The translations under genes and the position numbers were made by a program. Below are positions 55,889 through 64,000 of a DNA stretch of 64,000 nt, piece by piece. The DNA comes from a bacterium (lineage in GTDB: Bacteria; Patescibacteriota; CPR2; UBA1875; CAIMLA01). The stretch covers positions 18,793-82,792 of the forward strand of contig JBAXUE010000003.1 in the NCBI GenBank assembly GCA_037129835.1, in the 5' to 3' direction. Under the pieces are notes generated by a model. That model saw only the letters and a list, made by a program, of their open reading frames with translations, was not told the DNA's origin and made no database searches. The stretch's first letter is position 1. The number at the start of each line of letters is the position of its first letter.

Positions 55889-56164
55889 ATGTACACACAG
55901 GTTTTTGCTACCGTTTGGCCGCTCCTCGTTTTGACTGCTGGAATAGCAGTTGTGGCACCAAAAGTGCCGCGTTGGACATGGATGGTCATAAATGTTGTGT
56001 CGGGGATTCTTCTCGGCGCTTTCGGCGGACTCGTTTCGTTTACAGCAATCGCCACAGGCGGAAACCCAAATGTCGGCCCAGCTGCACTCCTCTCGTTCGC
56101 GGGAGGACTTGCATGGGCAGCGGTATGGCTCCTGTATTACTGGGAGCACCGCTCGAAGGCATAA
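55889..56164 (+). CDS. Small three-TM membrane protein
   Basis: AGGAGG SD, 91 aa, hydrophobic, with its own promoter and terminator. Confidence 0.7.
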   Translation: MYTQVFATVWPLLVLTAGIAVVAPKVPRWTWMVINVVSGILLGAFGGLVSFTAIATGGNPNVGPAALLSFAGGLAWAAVWLLYYWEHRSKA

Positions 56165-56180
56165 CTACTATGCACGATGC

Positions 56181-56212
56181 AAAGCCTCAGAACCACACGG
56201 TTCTGAGGCTTT
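56181..56212. terminator. Bidirectional terminator
   Basis: AAAGCCTCAGAACC-ACAC-GGTTCTGAGGCTTT perfect 14 bp stem between convergent genes. Confidence 0.8.
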
Positions 56213-56217
56213 TGCCT

Positions 56218-57282
56218 TTAGATAAGTTTTAAATTCGGATCTGGGACTAAGGATTTCGCATCACAATAATCATCTATTAAGGAATGTTGATATGCGGCCG
56301 CCGCTATCATGGCAGCGTTATCGGTACAGCACTTAATATCTGGTATAAATATATTTACTTTATAATCACCGAGCTCTTCGATAACTTGTTTCCTTAGATT
56401 CGTGTTCGCAGCAACGCCCCCAGACAACAAAACGGTTTTTGGTTTATATTCTTTGACTGCACGAGCAAGGTTTCTCGACATTATTTTATTTGCGGTAAAC
56501 TCAAATGATGCGGAGATGTCTTCTTTCTGCTTTATTGTTAGCGATTCGTTGTCGGCTTTGACTCTTTTAATAAGGTTAAGAACGGCTGTTTTGAGGCCAG
56601 AATACGAGAAGTCAAGACTCTCTTTTGGATTAACCAGAAATCCTTCTTCGTTTCTTTTTGGCGCCGAAGTCAAGTCAGTAATGGGTAGCCTGTAAGCTTC
56701 TTTGTTGCCCAAAAGAGCCATTTTTGATATTTCTGGTCCACCCGGATATCCGAGATCGAGCATTTTTGCTACTTTATCATAAGCTTCACCGGCGGCGTCA
56801 TCTTGGGTTTCTCCGATAATTTTGTAATTAAGGTGCTTCGCCATATAAATCACGTTGGTGTGGCCACCTGATGCCGTTAGGCAAACCAAGGGGAAAGTAG
56901 GCACTTCTGGCAAATTCTTCTTCAACCAGTTTGCATAGATGTGCCCTTCTGTGTGATGAACTGCGATGAGGGGCTTGTTATATATATAGGCCAAAGTTTT
57001 CGCAGTATTTACCCCGACTATTAGTGAACCGATAAGGCCAGGACCTTCAGTAACTGCGATTGCATCAATCTCGTCCCAAGTTACTTCGGCGACGCGAAAA
57101 GCTTCTTCCAAAACGGGAATAATGTGCTTGATATGCTCCCTAGCAGCCACTTCTGGAACAACACCGCCATAAGCACTATGTTCGAGCTGTGTTGCCACAA
57201 TTGAGCTTAGGATAATACTACCATCTGTAACGATCGCCACCGAGGTGTCGTCACAGCTTGTTTCTATTGCTAAAATATTCAT
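56218..57282 (-). CDS. tsaD: tRNA N6-threonylcarbamoyltransferase
   Basis: IETSCDDT, GGVVPEVAAREH, GPGL, HHxEGH, SGGHT, DDAAGEAYDK, GGVAAN, DNAAMI motifs. Confidence 0.96.
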   Translation of the reverse strand: MNILAIETSCDDTSVAIVTDGSIILSSIVATQLEHSAYGGVVPEVAAREHIKHIIPVLEEAFRVAEVTWDEIDAIAVTEGPGLIGSLIVGVNTAKTLAYIYNKPLIAVHHTEGHIYANWLKKNLPEVPTFPLVCLTASGGHTNVIYMAKHLNYKIIGETQDDAAGEAYDKVAKMLDLGYPGGPEISKMALLGNKEAYRLPITDLTSAPKRNEEGFLVNPKESLDFSYSGLKTAVLNLIKRVKADNESLTIKQKEDISASFEFTANKIMSRNLARAVKEYKPKTVLLSGGVAANTNLRKQVIEELGDYKVNIFIPDIKCCTDNAAMIAAAAYQHSLIDDYCDAKSLVPDPNLKLI

Positions 57283-57343
57283 AAGCATATTCTAACACAG
57301 GTTGTACTTTAAGCTCTTGGTCTCAGATGATAGAATGTTAGAC

Positions 57344-58321
57344 ATGAGTAAAACATTGAACATATTGTCAGATAGCAAAAACAATCTCTTTCAATCGGAG
57401 CAGTGGGAAGATTATCAAGAGGCATTGGGCAATAAAACTTTTAGAATAAAACTTAATGATGTTTCGGTACTGTTAATAAAAAAACCTTTATATAAAGATA
57501 AAAGTTATTTGTACTGTCCTAAGGGTCCCGTCTGTGATGAGGAAACTTGGTCCGTTCTTAAACGCCAAGCGGGCGAGATAGCAGAAAAAGAATCATGTGT
57601 TTTTCTTAGGGTAGAGCCCTTTGAAATCTCCCAAAAGATTGTTGTCGATTTAAAGCTCAAGAAGGTTGGTACCTACTCACCAAATAGTAAGCAATTTTCG
57701 CCGATGAACACTAGAGTTCTTGATATAGAACCAAGAGATGATGACATTCTCGCCCAAATGAAACCAAAGTGGAGATATAATATCAAGCTTGGATACCGCA
57801 AAGGAGTCCAGGTAAGGATGAGCACAAAACTAGAAGATCTGCGAAAGTTTCATGAACTCTCTTTGGGCCTAAAAGAACGGGGATATACACCTTTTGAGCT
57901 AGCGCACTATGAACGGATGCTCTATTCATTAACTAAAGGAAAGCATATTGCACTTTTCATTGCAGAATATGAGAATAAAATCCTTTCTGCGATCCTTGTT
58001 ACTTTCTACGGCGGAGTAGCGACCTATTTGCACGGTGCTTCTAGCGATGAGTGTAGGGAGTTGATGCCGAATCACTTGGCTCAATGGGAAGCTATATTAG
58101 AATCTAGGCGTCGTGGCTGTGTTTTATATGATTTCTGGGGGATTGCACCTGATGAAGACGAAAATCATCCCTGGGCAGGTATCACACGCTTTAAGAGGGG
58201 TTTTGGCGGTGAAGTAGTAAAATTCGCAGGGGCTTATGATTGTATTTTTGATAAAAAGTGGTATAGTGCTTTTCATACATACAATTTTCTGAGGAAAGTC
58301 ACAAAAAATGAACATCGATAA
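57344..58321 (+). CDS. FemABX-family peptidoglycan bridge peptidyltransferase
   Basis: FQS..W, Y.PKGP, MK.KWRYNI, YLHGAS, YDFWGI, G..RFKRGFGG motifs. Confidence 0.88.
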   Translation: MSKTLNILSDSKNNLFQSEQWEDYQEALGNKTFRIKLNDVSVLLIKKPLYKDKSYLYCPKGPVCDEETWSVLKRQAGEIAEKESCVFLRVEPFEISQKIVVDLKLKKVGTYSPNSKQFSPMNTRVLDIEPRDDDILAQMKPKWRYNIKLGYRKGVQVRMSTKLEDLRKFHELSLGLKERGYTPFELAHYERMLYSLTKGKHIALFIAEYENKILSAILVTFYGGVATYLHGASSDECRELMPNHLAQWEAILESRRRGCVLYDFWGIAPDEDENHPWAGITRFKRGFGGEVVKFAGAYDCIFDKKWYSAFHTYNFLRKVTKNEHR

Positions 58322-59615
58322 TATATTAAATACTGGACGAAAAATTATTCCCAAGAAAGTCTTTGCATCAGCACAGCCTTTTTATCATCTATTGCTTTCC
58401 ATAACGGGGAATATCCGATATGGGTTCCCAGGAAAGAAGATGATAGTCGTGGGGGTGACTGGGACAAATGGTAAATCAACGACAACGGAGCTTATATTAT
58501 CAGTTTTTAAGGAAAACGGCTTAAAATCAGGGATGTTATCAACCGTAGCCTTTGAAATTGCTGGCAAAAGAGCTGAAAACACAACAAATCGAACTACTCT
58601 TGGCCGTTGGCAGACACCAAAGAAGCTGCGAGAGATGGTAGATGCTGGTTGTACTCATGCAATAATCGAAGTAGCCAGTGAGGGGCTAGTCATGAATCGA
58701 GTTTGGGGGGTACCATTTGACGTTGCTGTTTTTACTAATTTATCCCCAGAGCATTTGAATACTCACAAAACTATGGAAAACTATCGTAATGCCAAGGGAC
58801 TTATGTTTTCTGGCCTCAAAAATTCATTTAAAAAAAGCGCCCCAAAGACGATAGTCGTTAACGCAGATGACAAAGAAGCCAAATACTTTATGGGTTTTGA
58901 AGCGGATCAGAAGATAACCTTTGGTATAAATGACGGTCAAGTTTGGGCAACTAATATGTATTTTGAAGATGAGACCAAATATACTCTGGTTGATGACAAG
59001 ACAAAATACGAAGTAAGGTCTAGTTTGCCGGCAAGATTCAATATTTATAATCAGCTAGCCGCCTATTCTGTAGGCAAGGCACTCTCTTTGAATCCAGGAA
59101 AATGTATCAAAGGGCTAGAAAAGGTAAAAAAAGTGCTAGGCAGGATGGAAGAAGTCCCAAACGATATTGGGATTAAGATAATAGTAGACTACGCCGTAAC
59201 GCCTGATGCATTTGAGCTTTTGTTCTCAGAACTTAGAAGAACTACAAAGGGTAAAATAATTGCAGTTTTTGGCGCTACGGGTGACAGAGACAAGGATAAA
59301 AGACCACTTCTGGGGGAAGTAGCTGCCAAGATGACAAACTATTTGATAATTACTGACGAAGAATCTTACAGTGAAAATCCTGCAGTGATTGTCGATTCCA
59401 TAGCTGAAGGTGTCGAAAGAGTTCGCAAGGGTAACTATGAAATAATTCTCGACCGCAGAGAAGCGATTAAGCAAGCTTTAGTTTTGGCAAAAGTAGGCGA
59501 TACGGTCGTAATTACCGGAATGGGACATCAAAAATATCGTAATGTCGGTGGTGATAAAAAAGTCGAATGGAATGAGGCCAAGGTCATCGGAAACATTCTA
59601 TCAGAACTCAAATAA
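58308..59615 (+). CDS. murE: UDP-MurNAc-tripeptide synthetase (MurE-like)
   Basis: GVTGTNGKSTT, FTNLSPEHL, GRME, VDYA, FGATGDRD..KRP motifs. Confidence 0.85.
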   Translation: MNIDNILNTGRKIIPKKVFASAQPFYHLLLSITGNIRYGFPGKKMIVVGVTGTNGKSTTTELILSVFKENGLKSGMLSTVAFEIAGKRAENTTNRTTLGRWQTPKKLREMVDAGCTHAIIEVASEGLVMNRVWGVPFDVAVFTNLSPEHLNTHKTMENYRNAKGLMFSGLKNSFKKSAPKTIVVNADDKEAKYFMGFEADQKITFGINDGQVWATNMYFEDETKYTLVDDKTKYEVRSSLPARFNIYNQLAAYSVGKALSLNPGKCIKGLEKVKKVLGRMEEVPNDIGIKIIVDYAVTPDAFELLFSELRRTTKGKIIAVFGATGDRDKDKRPLLGEVAAKMTNYLIITDEESYSENPAVIVDSIAEGVERVRKGNYEIILDRREAIKQALVLAKVGDTVVITGMGHQKYRNVGGDKKVEWNEAKVIGNILSELK

Positions 59616-59701
59616 TTTACTTTTTATAGTATATCTCATACTGGGTTGCTTATTTATTTCCTTAATTAATTATCTGAAACTAGCATTTGTTCTCGTCACC
59701 C

Positions 59702-59730
59702 TTGACAAAGGAGCTATAAAGCGTTATTAT
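59702..59730 (+). promoter_or_regulatory. Sigma70 promoter
   Basis: TTGACA-17 nt-TATTAT upstream of the DHH gene. Confidence 0.6.
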
Positions 59731-59768
59731 GTGTGGTCAAATTAAATTCAGAAAAACCAGGAGCAAGC

Positions 59769-61385
59769 ATGGAATTGTCCCCAAAACAACAAATAGCAGA
59801 ACTGATAAAGAGTAATCAGCGAATTTTGATAGTTGGCCACAAAAACTCGGGTGGTGATCTTATCGGTTCTATGCTGGCGCTCGAACGAGTGCTTGTTTCT
59901 CAAGGCAAGGAAGTTTCTTTGGTATTGTCAGAAGGCGTTGAGACGGCTCACCTGTTCCTACCTGGTGTTGAGAAGATCGGTCGTGAACTATCAGGCCAAA
60001 GAGATCTTATCGTTAGGATTGATAAAAACGCAAACAAAATTGAAAAAATCGCTTATAACGAAGAAAATGGATTTCTTAATATTGTTATCACACCTAGTGG
60101 TAAAGCAATTGCGAAATCAAATTTGAATATAGTAGATGGTAATTACAAATACGACCTTATTTTCGTGTTAGACACACAGGATGTAGAAAAAATTGACCCC
60201 GTTTATGATAAATATACGGAACTATTTTTCGAAGTACCGATAATCAATATCGATCATCATGCAGGAAACGAGCATTTTGGAACCGTTAACTTGGTCGATA
60301 TGACAGCGACCTCTACGGCAGAAATTTTAGTATCTATTATTGAGGCAATCGGGCCAGGGAACTTTGATGCTGATGTGGCGACTTGTTTACTTACTGGGCT
60401 TATCGCCGATACGGCTAGCTTTAAAAATACTAATACTACGCCAAAATCATTAACAATATCAGCACAGATGTTGGCAGCTGGGGCGAGACAGCAAGAGATT
60501 ATTCAAAATTTATATAAGGCTAGACCGATTCAAACGTTGAAACTTTGGGGCAAGCTGCTATCAGGTCTTGAATATGACGCAGAACATCGAATCGTCTATA
60601 CGGTTGTGAATAAAGAAGATCTGAGCACAGCAAAAGCCTCTATCGAAGATGTTCAAATTGTACTGGATGAGCTCCTTAGCAGCACTCCAGGAACTGATAT
60701 CGTACTAGTACTAGTCGAGAACAACGCCAATATTACTGGTTTGTTGCGCGGTTTAAATGGTCAAGACGTACTATCTTTAGCAGAAGGCTTTGGCGGTAAT
60801 GGTAAGGCTCTAGAGGCAAGCTTCGAAGTCCAAAATGCAACAATAGCCAATAATAAAGAACAAATCATAACAAAAATAATGAATTTCAGAGATGCTCAGC
60901 TAGGTAAGCCCCAAAATCAGCCCATCTCAGTAATGGTAGAGAAGGCTGAACCCCCAAAGGTAGCTGTAGAAGAAGTCAAAATAACTGAGATTAAAGTTAT
61001 TGACAATGGAACTCAGCAAGAAGACGTAAACGAGCTTATCTCGATAGAGAAAACAATCGATAATACGCCAGAGGAAATCGCTGGCGATAACGGTTTTTCG
61101 TTAGAGGAAATATTTACCCCAACACCTGAGTACGCACCAGTAGAGGAAGATGTTGTCCTCGAAGTCTCTGACGATTCCATAGAAAAGGCTCTGGAATCTA
61201 TCGATCTAGAGATAGAGGGAGCACCCGTCCCGATACTGGATTCTCCTAATATCGATATAGAAGAAGTAAAAACAAAAAGTGAAACATTACAAAAAATCGG
61301 AGAAGTTATGAGGGGTTATAAGCCAGGAACTTCTGAGCCAGAAAACGGAAATCAACCTATAGATTCTACGATTTGGAAGAAATAA
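59769..61385 (+). CDS. DHH-family (NrnA-like) phosphoesterase with insertion and acidic C-terminal tail
   Basis: NIDHH, TGLIADT.SF motifs; motif I reads HKNSGGD. Confidence 0.8.
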   Translation: MELSPKQQIAELIKSNQRILIVGHKNSGGDLIGSMLALERVLVSQGKEVSLVLSEGVETAHLFLPGVEKIGRELSGQRDLIVRIDKNANKIEKIAYNEENGFLNIVITPSGKAIAKSNLNIVDGNYKYDLIFVLDTQDVEKIDPVYDKYTELFFEVPIINIDHHAGNEHFGTVNLVDMTATSTAEILVSIIEAIGPGNFDADVATCLLTGLIADTASFKNTNTTPKSLTISAQMLAAGARQQEIIQNLYKARPIQTLKLWGKLLSGLEYDAEHRIVYTVVNKEDLSTAKASIEDVQIVLDELLSSTPGTDIVLVLVENNANITGLLRGLNGQDVLSLAEGFGGNGKALEASFEVQNATIANNKEQIITKIMNFRDAQLGKPQNQPISVMVEKAEPPKVAVEEVKITEIKVIDNGTQQEDVNELISIEKTIDNTPEEIAGDNGFSLEEIFTPTPEYAPVEEDVVLEVSDDSIEKALESIDLEIEGAPVPILDSPNIDIEEVKTKSETLQKIGEVMRGYKPGTSEPENGNQPIDSTIWKK

Positions 61386-61486
61386 GCTATTTGGGCATTT
61401 TTAGCGTTGTTTAAAAGGGTGGATACAAGCCACAGAAAGCTTGTAAGCAGTCTATTGTGAACAACTAGGTCTTAGGGGGGAGACAA

Positions 61487-61864
61487 ATGTCTGGAATTAG
61501 GATAGGTAAGTGGATTGGCTGGCATCTGTTTGTCAAAAGCAATAACCTCTCCGATGAGGGTGTTGTGACAGAATGTCTCGGCCAGGAAGGTATTATTACC
61601 TTCGAAACAAATAACGGTGAATTTAGCTTCTATTCCGATTCGCTAAAAAAAGGCGGACGCGGATACGAAGTATCCGGGGACGCACCCAGGAAGGCGTATT
61701 TAGTTCCTGTGGGGGTGACTCTGTCAGAAAGACTTGTTCTTGCACTATTCACGATTGTCCTTTTGATGATCTACGCTGTAGCTATCTGGTATGGAATAAA
61801 AGGTATTCAAGCCTTTTTCCACTCAGATATCCTGCGAATCATCGCTGATATCGGACCACTCTAG
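61487..61864 (+). CDS. Hypothetical protein with C-terminal TM
   Basis: Strong GGGGGAG SD; 125 aa. Confidence 0.6.
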   Translation: MSGIRIGKWIGWHLFVKSNNLSDEGVVTECLGQEGIITFETNNGEFSFYSDSLKKGGRGYEVSGDAPRKAYLVPVGVTLSERLVLALFTIVLLMIYAVAIWYGIKGIQAFFHSDILRIIADIGPL

Positions 61865-61882
61865 ACGAGGGAGGTGAGGCGT

Positions 61883-62065
61883 ATGTCTAAGCACGTAGGG
61901 GAGATGACGGAGGTCCAATTTCGGATTCATCTTCTTGATCACTGCAAATCGCAAACTCCCATCGAAGTTCAGGAGTTCGAGGAGATCGTGCAGGAAGCTG
62001 TACGGCGAGGGTACGGTGAAGATATGGCCAGACAAGGATGGCTAGTTCGCAATAAGAAAACATAA
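61883..62065 (+). CDS. Small hypothetical protein (60 aa)
   Basis: GGAGGTGAGG SD before ATG 61883; followed by a strong hairpin. Confidence 0.55.
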   Translation: MSKHVGEMTEVQFRIHLLDHCKSQTPIEVQEFEEIVQEAVRRGYGEDMARQGWLVRNKKT

Positions 62066-62115
62066 GCGGCCGGGGACCGCAATGAAATACGTTTCGTTGC
62101 TGGGCCACCGGCCGC
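62066..62115. terminator. Long GC-rich hairpin between convergent genes
   Basis: GCGGCCGG...GCAATGAAA-TACG-TTTCGTTGC...CCGGCCGC; no clear U-tract. Confidence 0.5.
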
Positions 62116-62139
62116 GATTCGTTTAGGAGATATGGTTAG

Positions 62140-63126
62140 TTAAATACCAAGCCCGATGGCATCTTGTACACGTTTCAGAGTCTCTGCAGCAATAGGCTTT
62201 GCTTTAGTTGCACCGTCTTTCAATACTTTTAGGACATATTCATCGCTTATTTCGTTATATTTTTCTTGGAACGGTGTTAGTAGTTTAATAACGGATTCAG
62301 CAACGTCTTTTTTAAATTCACCATATGAAACACCGGCATATTTTCTTTCGAGATCCTTAATAGGAGTTTCGGTACATACAGACAAAATGTTTAATAAATT
62401 GGAGATCCCCGGTTTATTGGTTTTGTCGAAAATGATTTTGTTGTCTGAATCGGTTACTGCTTTTGCTAGTTTTGAGAGTATTACTTCCGGTTTATCTAGA
62501 ATCTCGATTCTACTATTTGGATTATCGTCAGATTTTGACATTTTTTCAGTGGGGACTGTCAGCGACATTATTCGGGTTGCTTCTTTGTTGGTGGTAAATT
62601 CTGGCATAACAAAAACTTTGCCGTAACGCTTGTTGATTCGTTCAGCGATGTCCCTAGTTATCTCCACATGTTGTTTTTGGTCATCTCCTACGGGTACTTC
62701 GTCAGCGTCGTAGAGCAGAATATCGGCGGCCATGAGAACCGGATAATCAAAAAGTCCCACAGAGACGGCTTCTCCTTTGTTTCTTGATTTGTCTTTGAAT
62801 TGAGTCATTCTGCTAGCTTCGCCAAAATAAGTAAAGCAATTTAGAACCCAACATAGTTCTGATAGTTCTGATACTGTCGATTGCACAAATACTATGGATT
62901 TTTTTGGGTCTATCCCCGCTGCGAGATATATTTTAGCAATTTCCAGTGTTCGACTTTTTAGCAAAACAGGGTCTTGTGGTACAGTAATTGCATGCATATC
63001 CATTACGCAAAAAATATTATTTTTGCCATCCTGTTCTTTAACCCATTTGTAGATAGTTGCTAAATAATTACCTATATGTAGGTCACCGCTTGGTTGGATA
63101 CCAGAAAAAACTCTCTTTTTTGTCAT
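62140..63126 (-). CDS. trpS: Tryptophan--tRNA ligase
   Basis: SGIQPSG.LHIGNY, YPVLMAADIL, VPVG.DQ.QH.E, KMSKS motifs. Confidence 0.97.
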   Translation of the reverse strand: MTKKRVFSGIQPSGDLHIGNYLATIYKWVKEQDGKNNIFCVMDMHAITVPQDPVLLKSRTLEIAKIYLAAGIDPKKSIVFVQSTVSELSELCWVLNCFTYFGEASRMTQFKDKSRNKGEAVSVGLFDYPVLMAADILLYDADEVPVGDDQKQHVEITRDIAERINKRYGKVFVMPEFTTNKEATRIMSLTVPTEKMSKSDDNPNSRIEILDKPEVILSKLAKAVTDSDNKIIFDKTNKPGISNLLNILSVCTETPIKDLERKYAGVSYGEFKKDVAESVIKLLTPFQEKYNEISDEYVLKVLKDGATKAKPIAAETLKRVQDAIGLGI

Positions 63127-63183
63127 AACTCTCCTATTCATTTACATTTTAATATTATTAATCATTGATGTCTAATAAAGCGG

Positions 63184-63906
63184 TTATATTAACTCTGTTT
63201 TGTGATATCTGCCTGCGAAACCTTGAAACTCCGTATAGGTATCTTCTCCTATTAGAAACGGGTAAAAGCCGAGTTCCTCGATCAGTTCTAGGTTCTTTGC
63301 ATTTATTGGTAATATTACATCATTTGATATTGTCTCTGATACTTTCAAGATAGTTCTAGATATGGGTGTTTGTTTTTTTCCCGATAACAAACCTTCAATA
63401 ACAGCCTTAATTTCTTGAAAACTTTCAGGAGTTTTTGAATATTTAATCCCAGTCTCAAAAGAAACTCCTATCTCGTATTGTCCGATTAGTGAGTGTTTTG
63501 CCATCTCTTTGACCATATATATAATGGTGCCAAAGTCCGTAAGGTTCAGAATTTGTTTTGTCTTGATATCTATATTTGTAATGATCGGCGTTGTAAGTGT
63601 GTCAGATGTAGTAGTATGTATGTCTATTAGATATTCTGGATTTCCTATCGCGTTTATCATTCTACTAGCCAAACGTTCTTCATAGTTTCCTGTTGAGTTT
63701 CCAGGAAAACAACGGTTCAGGTCTTCTTCGATATATCTTGTTTTTTGTTTTAGGGCTTTTGTGTTAGCGAGTATTAGCTTTAACTCAGGGTATTTATCGA
63801 TTTTGGAAGTGTAATAATCAAAAAACTTCTTTCCAAAAATTTCATCACCATGCAAACAACAAACAATAGTCACTTTTATTGTTCCGGTACCTTTAGTTAT
63901 TATCAT
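63184..63906 (-). CDS. Succinylglutamate desuccinylase/aspartoacylase (M14-like) family protein
   Basis: HGDE, DLNRCFPG, DIHTT motifs. Confidence 0.8.
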   Translation of the reverse strand: MIITKGTGTIKVTIVCCLHGDEIFGKKFFDYYTSKIDKYPELKLILANTKALKQKTRYIEEDLNRCFPGNSTGNYEERLASRMINAIGNPEYLIDIHTTTSDTLTTPIITNIDIKTKQILNLTDFGTIIYMVKEMAKHSLIGQYEIGVSFETGIKYSKTPESFQEIKAVIEGLLSGKKQTPISRTILKVSETISNDVILPINAKNLELIEELGFYPFLIGEDTYTEFQGFAGRYHKTELI

Positions 63907-64000
63907 CTATTCTCCTTAATTTAAAAAACCTTGTAAACACTCGAAGCAAATAGCTTTAAATATTTACAAGGACCTTCAAGAGGTGGTGCCACCTTGTTTT

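Noticed and set aside
63925-64000. tRNA 3' end or element end at the window edge
   Set aside because: TGGTGCC is not followed by a T-arm pattern; the imperfect CCTTGTAAA/TTTACAAGG repeat cannot be interpreted without further sequence

Overview
Origin-proximal 64 kb of a bacterial chromosome that looks like Patescibacteria/CPR (inferred from gene repertoire; TGA is used as a stop codon). From left to right: a surface-glycan region (FnlA/QnlA/FnlC-type genes, rmlABCD, galU, glf, two lipid-carrier glycosylation modules, two secreted enzymes with the same C-terminal triple repeat); jag-yidC / dnaA-oriC-dnaN-recF-dciA; and a 16 kb minus-strand type IV secretion-like locus (3 pilins, VirB6-like, PrgI, TraC-N-like, VirB4). 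The T4SS genes run directly into an array of five peptidoglycan hydrolases, each followed by a membrane-anchored acidic partner gene. Four hydrolases share a mature N-terminal CP motif, paralogous enzymes have paralogous partners, and the NlpC/P60+M15 enzyme has two partners. This is the best candidate for an undescribed effector/immunity-like system. Further right: hsp20, paaX-like, comF, pilB, four tRNAs (including a rare Arg-GCG), rubrerythrin, an HD protein, heliorhodopsin, two perfect parS sites, valS with an ultrashort-stem-I T-box carrying a Val specifier, tsaD, femX-like, murE, a DHH protein and trpS. All calls come from reading motifs by eye; no database searches were run.
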